Below are positions 12,601-22,974 of a stretch of DNA of 36,875 nucleotides, one piece after another. Source of the stretch: Macrostomum lignano (lineage: Eukaryota); the NCBI GenBank assembly GCA_002269645.1, contig NIVC01002982.1:1-36875 (forward strand). The letters are read 5' to 3'. The translations under genes were made by a program, and so were the position numbers. The first letter of the stretch is position 1, and every line of letters starts with the position of its first letter. The notes under the pieces were generated by a model. It saw only the letters and a program-made list of their open reading frames with translations, searched no databases and was not told the origin of the DNA.

Positions 12601-15600
12601 GCTCTGGCGGCTGGCTAATCGAATTTACCGAGAGCTTTGAGATGAAGGAGGCTGGGCGCCGAGTTGAGGGAATCCGGATCAGGGATTATGGAGCGCTAAG
12701 TGACGGACTGAATGCGCGCTTGGAAAGAGTGAGGGGCGGAAAGAAAGAGTGAGGGGCGGAGGGAAAGAGTGAGGGGCGGAAGGAAAGAGTGAGGCGCGGA
12801 AGGAAAGAGTGAGGGGCGGAAGGAAAGGATGAGGGGCGGAAGGAAAGGATGAGGGGCGGAAGGAAAGGATGAGGGGCGGAAGGAAAGGATGAGGGGCGGA
12901 AGGAAAGGATGAGGGGCGGAAGGAAAGGATGAGGGGCGGAAGGAAAGGATGAGGGGCGGAAGGAAAGGATGAGGGGCGGAAGGAAAGAGTGAGGGGCGGA
13001 AGGAAAGAGTGAGGGGTGGAAGGAAAGAGTGAGGGGCGGAGGGAAAGAGTGAGGGGCGGAAGGAAATAGTGAGGGGCGGAAGGAAATAGTGAGGGGCGGA
13101 AGGAAAGAGTGAGGGGCGGAAGGAAAGGATGAGGGGCGGAAGGAAAGGATGAGGGGCGGAAGGAAAGGATGAGGGGCGGAAAGAAAGGATGAGGGGCGGA
13201 AGGAAAGGATGAGGGGCGGAAGGAAAGGATGAGGGGCGGAAGGAAAGGATGAGGGGCGGAAGGAAAGATTGAGGGGCGAAAGGAAAGAGTGAGGCGCGGA
13301 AGGAAAGAGTGAGGGGCGGAAGGAAAGAGTGAGGGGCGGAAGGAAAGAGTGAGGGGCGGAAGGAAAGGATGAGGGGCGGAAGGAAAGGATGAGGGGCGGA
13401 AGGAAAGAGTGAGGGGCGGAAGGAAAGAGTGAGGCGCGGAATGAAAGAGTGAGGCGCGGAAGGAAAGAGTGAGGCGCGGAATGAAAGAGTGAGGCGCGGA
13501 AGGAAAGAGTGAGGGGCGGAGGGAAAGAGTGAGGGGCGGAGGGAAAGAGTGAGGGGCGGAAGGAAAGAGTGAGGGGCGGAAGGAAAGAGTGAGGGGCGGA
13601 AGGAAAGGATGAGGGGCGGAAGGAAAGGATGAGGGGCGGAAGGAAAGGATGAGGGGCGGAAGGAAAGGATGAGGGGCGGAAGGAAAGAGTGAGGGGCGGA
13701 AGGAAAGAGTGAGGCGCGGAAGGAAAGAGTGAGGCGCGGAATGAAAGAGTGAGGCGCGGAAGGAAAGAGTGAGGGGCGGAGGGAAAGAGTGAGGGGCGGA
13801 GGGAAAGAGTGATGGCGGAAGGAAAGAGTGAGGGGCGGAAGGAAAGAGTGAGGCGCGGAAGGAAAGAGTGAGGGGCGGAAGGAAATAGTGAGAGATTATG
13901 CAGAACGAACCATGCTGAGCAGCTGTGCAGAAGGCCGGTGGCGCGGCTCCCTGTCCAGCATCTTCTCCACCAGCTCGGCCAGCTCGCAGGGCAGTTGCGT
14001 CAGCGCCTTCGGCAGATTCACTGGCAGCTGCAGTGAGAAGAGGTTTGAGAATTGAGAATTTGAGATGCTCTCAGCTACTGCCCTGCCACAGTGAGAATGT
14101 ACAGTTAAAATGAGAGTCTGCTTGAAGTCTGTCACCTCCTCGACCTTGCGGTGGTACTGCTGGCTACTGCGCCCAGCGTCCAGCAGGGAGACGCCGCCGT
14201 TGAAGATGGCTTGAATGACGAGGCCCAGCGAGAAAATGTCGCAGGCCTGAGTGGCCTTGCCGTAGATCTGCAGGTCCGGCGCCAGGTAGTCAAGATCGGG
14301 CTGTGCCATCTTCGGCAGCTTGGAGGTCCACTGGGTGAAGTTGTAGGCCTCCTAGGATTGAAGAGGGGCACGGGTGCACCTGGGAATCGGTGGTGACAAA
14401 CTGGGAATCGGTGGTGACAAACTGGGAATCGGCGGTGACAAACTGGGAATCGGTGGTGACAAACTGGGAATCGGCGGTGACAAACTGGGAATCGGCGGTG
14501 ACAAACTGGGAATCGGCGGTGACAAACTGGGAATCGGCGGTGACAAACTGGGAATCGGTAGTGACAAACTGGGAATCGGCGGTGACAAACTGGGAATCGG
14601 CGGTGACAAACTGGGAATCGGCGGTGACAAACTGGGAATCGGTAGTGACAAACTGGGAATCGGTAGTGACAAACTGGGAATCGGCGGTGACAAACTGGGA
14701 ATCGGCGGTGACAAACTGGGAATCGGTAGTGACAAACTGGGAATCGGTAGTGACAAACTGGGAATCGGCGGTGACAAACTGGGAATCGGCGGTGACAAAC
14801 TGGGAATCGGTAGTGACAAACTGGGAATCGGTAGTGACAAACTGGGAATCGGCGGTGACAAACTGGGAATCGGCGGTGACAAACTGGGAATCGGTAGTGA
14901 CAAACTGGGTATGGGAAGCTGCATCACTGGGTATGGGAAGCTGCATCACTGGGTATGGGAAGCTGCATCACTGGGTATGGGAAGCTGCATTACTGGGTAT
15001 GGGAAGCTGCATTACTGGGTATGGGAAGCTGCATCACTGGATATGGGAAGCTGCATCACTGGGTATGGGAAGCTGCATCACTTGCCAAAAACGCGAAACT
15101 CACATGCAACGTGCTCGACTTTTCCACGAACCCTAGGCCGGAGAGTTTCCAGCATCCTCGCTTGGTGATGAGGATGGAGCAGGGGCTCACATTGCCGTGA
15201 ATCACCTTCTGAGTGCAGTGAAGGTACTTCAAAGCCTCGTTTATCTGCGAGTTCGAGTTGTTTAAACCGGTTAGTTCACAATTGGATAGGTAAAAATTCA
15301 GTAAACTGTAACTTACCTGGAAAATTCCATGCTTGATCTCCAGATCCGTCAGGCTCTCCTGAGAATGGAAAACAAATTTTATGCTGCTGTGATCAAAGAC
15401 TCGTGTACTCTGAAATGCTCATAGTTCAACTCCGTATGAGGTTCAGTTATGTCAGGGATCTCATGGCAGAGTGAGAGACAGATCTCATGTTAGAGTGGGA
15501 AACAGATCCCATGTCAGAGTGATAGACTGGCCCCATGTCAGAGTGTAGACAGATCCTATGTCAGAGTGATGGACTGGCCCCATGTCAGAGTGATAGATTG

Positions 15601-18600
15601 GCCCCATGTCAGAGTGAGGGGACAGATCCCATGTTAGAGTGATAGACTTGCCCCATGTCAGAGTGAGGGGACAGATCCCATGTCAGAGTGATAGACTGGC
15701 CCCATGTCAGAGTGAGGGGACAGATCCCATGTCAGAGTGATAGACTTGCCCCATATCAGAGTGATAGACGGATCCCATGTCAGAGTGATAGACTTGCCCC
15801 ATATCAGAGTGATAGACGGATCCCATGTCAGAGTGATAGACTGGCCCCATATCAGAGTGATAGACGGATCCCATGTCAGAGTGATAGACTGGCCCCATGT
15901 CAGAGTGAGGGGACAAAATCTCTTAAAAGCCAGAAAACACTGCAAGGCACAATCCCGGGAAATGTTTCCCAGCGGATAAGCAGGCAAACAACGAAGCAGA
16001 GAATGAAACCTGGGCTTCCGTCAGTCAAAAACTCCAGCAGGCCTCAATATTTAAAAGGAGGGTTTCGGCTTCGATTCATTGCAGTCTTCCAAAATAAAAA
16101 CAATGTCTTGGAAGTCTGTAAAGCCAGCCCCGGGGCCGGTTCTGTCTGGCTGAGCACTTTAGCTCTACCCGCCACTCCCTTCGCGAACAGATGCTGATGG
16201 GGCACAATGGCCCTAGAATGCCCTCTCTCGACCGCTCTTGTCCCGGTGAAAAAAGACACAAATGGGGGTCGCTGGATAGCCAGCCAAGATCCCCAATCAG
16301 CTCCCAGCGAATCCGTCTCGCGGATACAATGAGTGGCGCACGCCTCGTGTCGTACTTTTTTATTTGATTGGCAGGCGTTATAGTCCTTCATCTTTGGTGC
16401 TCAGACTCCGAAACCCTGCTCGTTAAATATAGAGGTAGTACGGCGCTGGCTCCATTTTGCTCCAAATTCGTGTTCCACTATAACTGTTGCTGCCAGTTAT
16501 GCTAAAAGCTTTTAATGGGCTAGATTCTCAACAATTATTTTGTATCTCAGGTCCAGTTATGCCTCTTTTGTCAGAGACTCCGAGCAATAGAAAAAGTACA
16601 TTGCAGCTTGCTTCCTTCGTGCCATCAACCTCAGTTATATTCAATGTACATCGCAGCTGAATTTCTCTCCCTCAGACACCCCGCTATTCAATGCACATCG
16701 CAGCTGAATTTCTATCCCTCAGACACCCCGCTATTCAATGCACATCGCAGCAGAATTTCTCTCCCTCAGACACCCCACTATTCAATGTACATCGCAGCTG
16801 AATTTCTCTCCCTCAGACACCCCACTATTCAATGTACATCGCAGCTGAATTTCTCTCCCTCAGACACCCCGCTATTCAATGCACATCGCAGCAGAATTTC
16901 TCTCCCTCAGACACCCCGCTATTCAATGCACATCGCAGCTGAATTTCTCTCCCTCAGACACCCCGCTATTCAATGCACATCGCAGCAGAATTTCTCTCCC
17001 TCAGACACCCCGCTATTCAATGCACATCGCAGCAGAATTTCTCTCCCTCAGACACCCCACTATTCAATGTACATCGCAGCTGAATTTCTCTCCCTCAGAC
17101 ACCCCACTATTCAATGTACATCGCAGCTGAATTTCTCTCCCTCAGACACCCCGCTATTCAATGTACATCGCAGCTGAATTTCTATCCCTCAGACACCCCA
17201 CTATTCAATTTACATCGCAGCTGAATTTCCTTGGCAGCGCAGAGAGCCTCACCTTGATCTCGGCCGGCACAGACGACGAAATTCGGTCGCACTTTCCAAG
17301 AAAATTGGCCAGGCTGCCCCAGATTGGCTCGGTGGCGAAGCCCAGACTGTCGCTGCAAATTTCGAGCAGTATTTAGTAGAATTATTATCACCCGCAATAG
17401 CAGGTGAGCTGGTGCTGTCTCTCACCTGCAGTCCTCGGCTGGATGCCAGATCTGCAGCAGTTTCGGGTGCTTGAACCGCTCCAGGTAGCGAACCTCGCGA
17501 CGCAGAATCTCCGACACAGTTTCCTTTCGCTTGGGCTTGTGCAGCTTGTCGGCGATCTTCTTGTCGAACAGCAGCAGCGAGGCCTCCTGGAGTGCAGCAA
17601 CACCCGGTGGTGACATAAAAAACTAGGATTGAGTTCTCACAGAATCTGCCAGATTTTGGGCATCCGCATCAATTGCGACTTCCCATTTGGGAGGCATTAA
17701 AGCTACAGACGGATGGCAGCAGGGGAATCCCTACGTGTCTCCTGTCAGAGCCGCATGAATTTCATTGCCGCCCTGGGAGCGCAGCAGAGTTGGGGGGGGG
17801 GGGAAATGTACTTGTCTGTCCCCGTGTCTGCCCCAGTTGATAAGTGAAAGGAGCGAGTAAAAATAGAGGCAGTGGGAGGCAGAGGCAGTCACGTCTCTCA
17901 GGAACTCTGGCTGAATCAGATTAGCTGCGGCATCCTAATGAGACCCGGCCGCCAACTAATCACCTCCAATCAGATTGAGCTCTTTGATCAGCAGCTCGCA
18001 GCGGACGGTGCCGCGGCTGTCGGGGCATTGGGCGGCATTGATCATCGGAACCGGAAGGGAACGGATCGGACAGGGGGCCGGACCCTCACTTCCGGAGCGT
18101 CCCCTCTCTCCCTCCTGCTGTCTGTCTTCGAGTTTTCAAAATCGTCGGGTTTCGTTAAAAAAGACTGACTTCGACTTTTCGTCAAATCAAGATTTTCAAT
18201 TTCCGCAGCAGGCAGACTGTGGGAAAGGAATTTGAGAAGAAGATATTCGAGAATTAGGAGTTCGAAGGGGAGATTCGAGAAGTGAGATTCGGGAAGGGAG
18301 ATTCGAGAAGGGAGATTCGAGAAGGGAGATTCGGAAGGGGAGATTCGGGAGGGGAGATTCGGAAGGGGAGATTCGGGAGGAGAGATTCTTGAGACTTACT
18401 GCTGAGATTCGGGAGGAGAGATTCGGGAGGAGAGATTCGGGAGGAGAGATTCTTGAGGAGAGATTCTTGAGACTTACTGCTGAGATTCGGGAGGAGAGAT
18501 TCGGGAGGAGAGATTCTCGAGACTTACTGCTGAGATTCGGGAGGAGAGATTCGGGAGGAGAGATTCTTGAGACTTACTGCTGAGATTCGGGAGGAGAGAT

Positions 18601-21600
18601 TCGGAGGAGAGATTCTCGAGACTTACTGCTGAGATTCGGGAGGAGAGATTCGGGAGGAGAGATTCGGGAGGAGAGATTCTTGAGACTTACTGCTGAGATT
18701 CGGGAGGAGAGATTCGGGAGGAGAGATTCTCGAGACTTACTGCTGAGATTCGGGAGGAGAGATTCGGGAGGAGAGATTCGGGAGGAGAGATTCTCGAGAC
18801 TTACTGCTGAGATTCGGGAGGAGAGATTCGGGAGGAGAGATTCGGGAGGAGAGATTCTTGAGACTTACTGCTGAGATTCGGGAGGAGAGATTCGGGAGGA
18901 GAGATTCTCGAGACTTACTGCTGAGATTCGGGAGGAGAGATTCGGGAGGAGAGATTCGGGAGGAGAGATTCTTGAGACTTACTGCTGAGATTCGGGAGGA
19001 GAGATTCGGGAGGAGAGATTCGGGAGGAGAGATTCTTGAGACTTACTGCTGAGATTAGGGAGGGTAGTTATGAGAGGGAAGATTGGAGATTAGAGATGAG
19101 TGGGGATTCAGAACAGAAGGGGAGAGGCAAAGAAGAACATTGACTTTTTCTCTTTCAGTTCGCTGTCGGCATAGAAAAAGAAAGGCATGAGTGCGCAGGA
19201 AAATTATTTAAAGCAATTTTCCCAGTCGGTGGGATCCTCTCGCGGCGAAGCCCCACTTTCATTTGTGATGACGCGCAGTCCGCAGACTTCAATGCTAGGA
19301 ATTTTCCTCAATAGGCCCCTCGCTATCTCTCCCTCTGTCTGTTTTCCCTCCCATGCACCCTGTCTCTGGAATTTTCACCCGCCCAGCTTTTTTGAGTCAT
19401 CGATGATGAATTGAGACTCGCGTGTGAGCTGCAGCACGTGCTGTTTCCTGGCACGGGGCGGGGACGGCAAAGGCGCTTTTTTTCAGCACCCATCGAGATT
19501 CGCTCCCATGACAACTCCCTCCTCCCTGACGGGTTCTTGAGTTCCGGCAGGCTTCATTCTAAATGAGGAATCCAAAATGAAGCTCTTGTGCAGTGTAGGG
19601 CAACAGTCTGTTAATAAGGTTAATTCGTCAATACGAGTTAATCCATAAACAGCGTAGATTCTAGCTGGAGAACGCACAGCGCTAAATGAGCTTTTTCCAT
19701 AGACAAACTATGTCGAGACACAAGTCCACAACTGCGAGCTCCTCACCGGCCTCCAGCTCCATTACTAAGAAAATCGAGTCTGGCACCCTTCCACAACTTT
19801 GCGTTCCTCACCGGCCTGCAGGTTGTTTCTAAGAAAATCGAGTCTGGCACCCTTCCACAACTTTGCGTTCCTCACCGGCCTGCAGGTTGTTTCTAAGAAA
19901 ATCGAGTCTGGCACCCTTCCACAACTTTGCGTTCCTCACCGGCCTGCAGGTTGTTTCTAAGAAAATCGAGTCTGGCACCCTTCCACAACCTATGCGTTCC
20001 TCACCGGCCTGCAGGTTGTTTCTAAGAAAATCGAGTCTGGCACCCTTCCACTTCAGCTGTCCATGTTTTTTTCATTTCAACTCTAACGCTTCTGCCGTTG
20101 ACGGAATTCAAATTTTTATTAGCAATGCCCAACACGGCAGTTCATGGCGACAATCGACAGTTGCAAGGCCTGCCATTCCGAATCGCGACAAGCCTGAAGA
20201 CGTTGTCTGGGCAAAAACATTTTGAATCGTGATTTGCTTTGCTGAAAAATTCAGATGAACTGCCAGCGCCGAGACGAGTCCCGGGAACGAAGAGCCGTTG
20301 GCCAGTTGTACCGGTGATTGAGCACCTGCTTACCTGGCTTGGGGGAAGCAGGCGACACGGACCCAGAATCTCTTCTTCATCATCATTCTAAATGTTTTTT
20401 TCAGCCCTCGTCCAAGTCTCTTCTCGTATGCGATTGAATTTTCACAGCGAGCGCAGCTGATTGATCACCTGAGCAGCTGCTCACACTGGGCAACCCCCAC
20501 CGCCGGGTTTGAGAAGGAGGTTCTTCTTCTCACTCACTTCTACTCAATTAGTTTAGCATTGGTTTTTGTCACCGCTGAGGTTTGCAAAGCCGCTGGATAG
20601 AAGCTTTCGGCTCGGCTCGTTCAGCAGGAGCTCAAAGCTACTTCTTTAGGGGAAGGGAAACCGTAGGCAGAGCGTCCACCTCTGGGAATCCTGCAGCTCA
20701 AAGCAATGAATGATAGATCATTCGAGACTTTTGCCTTGCTTACTTTGCAGAAACTCTAGGACTGAGGAAGTGTGTTGTATTGAAGAAGGAATAAAGTACA
20801 GAATAGAGGGACGCAGGACCAGAGGGACGCAGGACCAGAGGGACGCAGGACCAGAGGGACGCAGGACCAGAGGGACGCAGGACCAGAGGGACGCAGGACC
20901 AGAGGGACGCAGGACCAGAGGGACGCAGGACCAGAGGGACGCAGGACCAGAGGGACGCAGGACCAGAGGGACGCAGGACCAGTGGGACGCAGGACCAGAG
21001 GACGCAGGACCAGAGGGACGCAGGACCAGAGGGACGCAGGACCAGAGGGACGCAGGACCAGAGGGACGCAGGACCAGAGGGACGCAGGACCAGAGGGACG
21101 CAGGACCAGAGGGACGCAGGACCAGAGGGACGCAGGACCAGAGGGACGCAGGACCAGAGGGACGCAGGACCAGAGGGACGCAGGACCAGAGGGACGCAGG
21201 ACCAGAGGGACGCAGGACCAGAGGGACGCAGGACCAGAGGGACGCAGGACCAGAGGGACGCAGGACCAGAGGGACGCAGGACCAGAGGGACGCAGGACCA
21301 GAGGGACGCAGGACCAGAGGGACGCAGGACCAGAGGGACGCAGGACCAGAGGGACGCAGGACCAGAGGGACGCAGGACCAGAGGGACGCAGGACCAGAGG
21401 GACGCAGGACCAGAGGGACGCAGGACCAGAGGGACGCAGGACCAGAGGGACGCAGGACCAGAGGGACGCAGGACCAGAGGGACGCAGGACCAGAGGGACG
21501 CAGGACCAGAGGGACGCAGGACCAGAGGGACGCAGGACCAGAGGGACGCAGGACCAGAGGGACGCAGGACCAGAGGGACGCAGGACCAGAGGGACGCAGG

Positions 21601-21889
21601 ACCAGAGGGACGCAGGACCAGAGGGACGCAGGACCAGAGGGACGCAGGACCAGAGGGACGCAGGACCAGAGGGACGCAGGACCAAAGGATCTCACCTTTC
21701 CATCATCAGCCCGAACAGCCTCAAACACTTTCCAAACGAGCTCTTGCCCGGCGCTGCCGTCTGCCGCCGAGTCTGAAACATCCGGAGCAGCGGATTCGAG
21801 TTCGTGTCGTGCCCGGCCGCGGAGGAGAGCATGCTGTTGCGGCGGCGCCTGCCTGACTGCTGAGGTTGCGCCAGACCTGCCCTGCGGAT
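580..21889 (-). CDS. SCYL2: SCY1-like pseudokinase, SCYL2 type (N-terminal pseudokinase + HEAT repeats + short coiled coil); whole spliced gene model
   Basis: Exons in minus order: 21889-21696, 17586-17426, 17352-17253, 15358-15317, 15244-15104, 14351-14136, 14027-13911, 12080-11949, 6500-6321, 3961-3839, 3539-3426, 2996-2864, 1241-1012, then tentative 921-671 and 617-580. All introns are GT-AG and phases join once three 1-nt deletions are corrected. The translation follows SCYL2 in order: [68 protein letters not shown]-repeat region, IYK..KVLPHLIP. Degenerate HRD/DFG (HGN/GLG) is typical of SCY1 pseudokinases. Confidence 0.88.
671..921 (-). CDS. SCYL2: SCYL2-like tentative low-complexity exon (poly-Q/Ala)
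   Basis: Open frame [13 protein letters not shown]...[40 protein letters not shown]; donor G|GTGAGA at 670; 251 nt fits phase 2 in and phase 1 out. The acceptor is weak. Confidence 0.45.
1012..1241 (-). CDS. SCYL2: SCYL2-like exon (last HEAT repeat/coiled coil), containing two 1-nt frameshifts
   Basis: [25 protein letters not shown][H][25 protein letters not shown][L][15 protein letters not shown]; acceptor ctcag at 1242-1243, donor GTGAGA at 1011. Confidence 0.8.
1451..2778. repeat. 12-bp minisatellite CCGCCTCTCTAT (variants CCA, GT), ~110 units, intronic
   Basis: Direct reading; explains ORFs 1364..2791 and the DREADREA ORFs. Confidence 0.95.
2864..2996 (-). CDS. SCYL2: SCYL2-like HEAT exon
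   Basis: [44 protein letters not shown]; ttgcag acceptor, GTAAGT donor. Confidence 0.85.
3078..3390. repeat. G-rich compound array: 16-mer GGAGTGGGGTGCTGTT switching to 23-mer GTAGTGGGGTGGTGGTGTGCTGT
   Basis: Direct reading. Confidence 0.92.
3426..3539 (-). CDS. SCYL2: SCYL2-like HEAT exon
   Basis: [38 protein letters not shown]; actcag acceptor, GTGAGT donor. Confidence 0.85.
3839..3961 (-). CDS. SCYL2: SCYL2-like HEAT exon (not in ORF track)
   Basis: [41 protein letters not shown]; ccctaag acceptor, GTGAGT donor; 123 nt, phase 0/0. Confidence 0.85.
5265..6212. repeat. 60-bp tandem repeat; 12 identical units (5281-6000) followed by diverged 61-bp units
   Basis: Twelve successive 60-nt sequence lines are identical. 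Confidence 0.97.
6321..6500 (-). CDS. SCYL2: SCYL2-like HEAT exon
   Basis: [60 protein letters not shown]; gcacag acceptor, GTGCGT donor. Confidence 0.85.
7243..10320. repeat. AT-rich ~22-bp satellite AAAGAGCCACCATGTCAAACAT(T/A), ~140 diverged units with higher-order duplications
   Basis: Direct reading; variant blocks recur at 7751/8517 and 8701/9914. Confidence 0.95.
10410..10760. repeat. 18-bp minisatellite TGCTTGCTATCTGGGGGA, ~19 units
   Basis: Direct reading. Confidence 0.95.
11391..11938. repeat. 18-bp minisatellite GTCAGGGATCCAAGGGTA, ~30 units
   Basis: Direct reading; ends ~10 nt from the donor at 11948. Confidence 0.95.
11949..12080 (-). CDS. SCYL2: SCYL2-like exon (kinase end/first HEAT)
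   Basis: [44 protein letters not shown]; ctgcag acceptor, GTGAGC donor. Confidence 0.87.
12727..13893. repeat. 20-bp purine-rich minisatellite GAGGGGCGGAAGGAAAG(GA/AG)T, ~58 units
   Basis: Direct reading. Confidence 0.95.
13911..14027 (-). CDS. SCYL2: SCYL2-like pseudokinase C-lobe exon
   Basis: [39 protein letters not shown]; ctgcag acceptor, GTTCGT donor. Confidence 0.85.
14136..14351 (-). CDS. SCYL2: SCYL2-like pseudokinase exon
   Basis: [53 protein letters not shown]...RKVEE; tcctag acceptor, GTGACA donor. Confidence 0.88.
14380..14904. repeat. 21-bp minisatellite CTGGGAATCGG(CG/TA/TG)GTGACAAA, 25 units, with an 84-bp higher-order period
   Basis: 525 nt/21 = 25 units; CG,CG,TA,TA alternation from ~14640. 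Confidence 0.96.
14905..15080. repeat. 22-bp minisatellite CTGGGTATGGGAAGCTGCATCA, 8 units
   Basis: Directly abuts the 21-mer array. Confidence 0.96.
15104..15244 (-). CDS. SCYL2: SCYL2-like pseudokinase exon (catalytic-loop equivalent)
   Basis: [47 protein letters not shown]; tcgcag acceptor, GTGAGT donor. Confidence 0.9.
15317..15358 (-). CDS. SCYL2: SCYL2-like 42-nt exon
   Basis: [14 protein letters not shown]; ttctcag acceptor, GTAAGT donor. Confidence 0.85.
15470..15912. repeat. 24-bp minisatellite (CCCATGTCAGAGTGATAGACTGGC-like) in 48-bp dimers
   Basis: GATCCC recurs at 15723, 15771, 15819 and 15867. Confidence 0.9.
16637..17229. repeat. 47-bp tandem repeat, ~12.5 units
   Basis: TATTCAATG(T/C)ACATCGCAGC..CAGACACCCC(G/A)C; period 47. 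Confidence 0.93.
17253..17352 (-). CDS. SCYL2: SCYL2-like exon
   Basis: [34 protein letters not shown]; ttgcag acceptor, GTGAGG donor; phase 2 in. Confidence 0.88.
17426..17586 (-). CDS. SCYL2: SCYL2-like exon
   Basis: [53 protein letters not shown]; ctccag acceptor, GTGAGA donor. Confidence 0.9.
18255..19055. repeat. Compound array: 14-mer TTCGGGAGGAGAGA interspersed with a 22-mer TTCT(T/C)GAGACTTACTGCTGAGA
   Basis: Direct reading. Confidence 0.92.
19737..20052. repeat. 64-bp tandem repeat, ~5 units
   Basis: GCGTTCCTCACCGGCC at 19801 and 19865; period 64. Confidence 0.9.
20805..21684. repeat. 16-bp minisatellite AGAGGGACGCAGGACC, ~55 near-perfect units
   Basis: Direct reading; ends ~11 nt from the donor at 21695. 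Confidence 0.97.
21696..21889 (-). CDS. SCYL2: SCYL2-like first recognisable exon (possible ATG at 21832), one 1-nt frameshift
   Basis: [25 protein letters not shown][G][20 protein letters not shown]; GTGAGA donor at 21695; upstream acceptor tttctcag at 21890-21891. Confidence 0.78.
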
Positions 21890-21917
21890 CTGAGAAATTT
21901 CCCTGCACTGAGGATGG

Positions 21918-22212
21918 CTGAGAGTTGCTTAGAGTCGAGAGTTGTTTAGAGTTTCTGAGAGTCGCTGAGAGTCGCTGAGAGTCGCTGAGAGTCGCTGAGA
22001 GTCGCTGAGAGTCGCTGAGAGTCGCTGAGAGTCGCTGAGAGTCGCTGAGAGTCGCTGAGAGTCGCTGAGAGTCGCTGAGAGTCGCTGAGAGTCGCTGAGA
22101 GTCGCTGAGAGTCGCTGAGAGTCGCTGAGAGTCGCTGAGAGTCGCTGAGAGTCGCTGAGAGTCGCTGAGAGTCGCTGAGAGTCGCTGAGAGTCGCTGAGA
22201 GTCGCTGAGAGT
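21918..22212. repeat. 10-bp minisatellite GAGAGTCGCT
   Basis: Perfect from ~21955 to 22210. Confidence 0.96.
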
Positions 22213-22974
22213 TGCCGATAGACGGCAGGTGATTGTGAAGGCTACCGCGACTCAAGGCTCAATGGTTCCTCTTTTCTATACGCCAGCCTCCTTCTCTCCT
22301 CTCCACTCTCACTCCCCCATGCTGCCCTCTGGCTGAGCCAATCAGACTCGGCCTGCAATTTTGAATCGTGAAAAATGGATGGGCAATGAATATTTTTACA
22401 TTGAGGCAGCCACAGCCGAAGGTAACAACAATAGGTGTTGGATGCTGGAAGCTGGGAGGCCTCGATGCCCCTCTGCCCATGACCTCGAGGATGAATGAGC
22501 TGGCTGGTCCATTGTGCTCGGCGCCTGGAGACCAACAGTAAATAACCAAAACTCACCGGCCAGCGGCAGCCACAAGAGGCCGCATAAACCAGCAGGCTTT
22601 GGTCGGCCTGACTGATTTATTGGCGCGGCAAATCCCAAGCTGTTTACCCCCCCCCATCCTGGCGCGTGTTTTCGGTTTTGAGACTTTTTGTGCGCCGTGC
22701 GACGAAGTGCGGATGCACTTTAGGCCGGGCCGGCCGGCTGTCGCTTCAATTTCCCTTCGTCCGCTTCGACGGCGTAGAGCGGAATTTCTGCTCTCCGCTG
22801 CCTCGCCCGCGCTGCGACTGCTGTTCGGCCCGGCTCACGAGCTCTGGCATGAATTTTCCTGTCTCTGGTCTCTGCTCTGAGCACTGGCATCACTGCCTCG
22901 GGCTAACTGATCTCACTATTGATAATGGGTTCTCAACAACACTCGGGCCTATTCACAGTTCTAAAACACTGCCA

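Noticed and set aside
14290-15168. Repetitive ORFs (GIGGDKL, TADSQFV; ice-binding/antifreeze-like appearance)
   Set aside because: They lie inside a GT-AG intron of SCYL2 whose flanking exons join in frame; open in several frames on both strands.
17640-20720. Possible nested genes in GC-rich unique intron segments (also 4000-4620, 10930-11390, 12200-12720, 23580-24330)
   Set aside because: Only short ORFs without recognisable domains or a consistent exon chain; cannot be supported without transcript data.
20710-21921. ~400-aa repeat ORFs on both strands
   Set aside because: 16-bp array; only the non-repeat end ([12 protein letters not shown]..) is real, and it is a SCYL2 exon.
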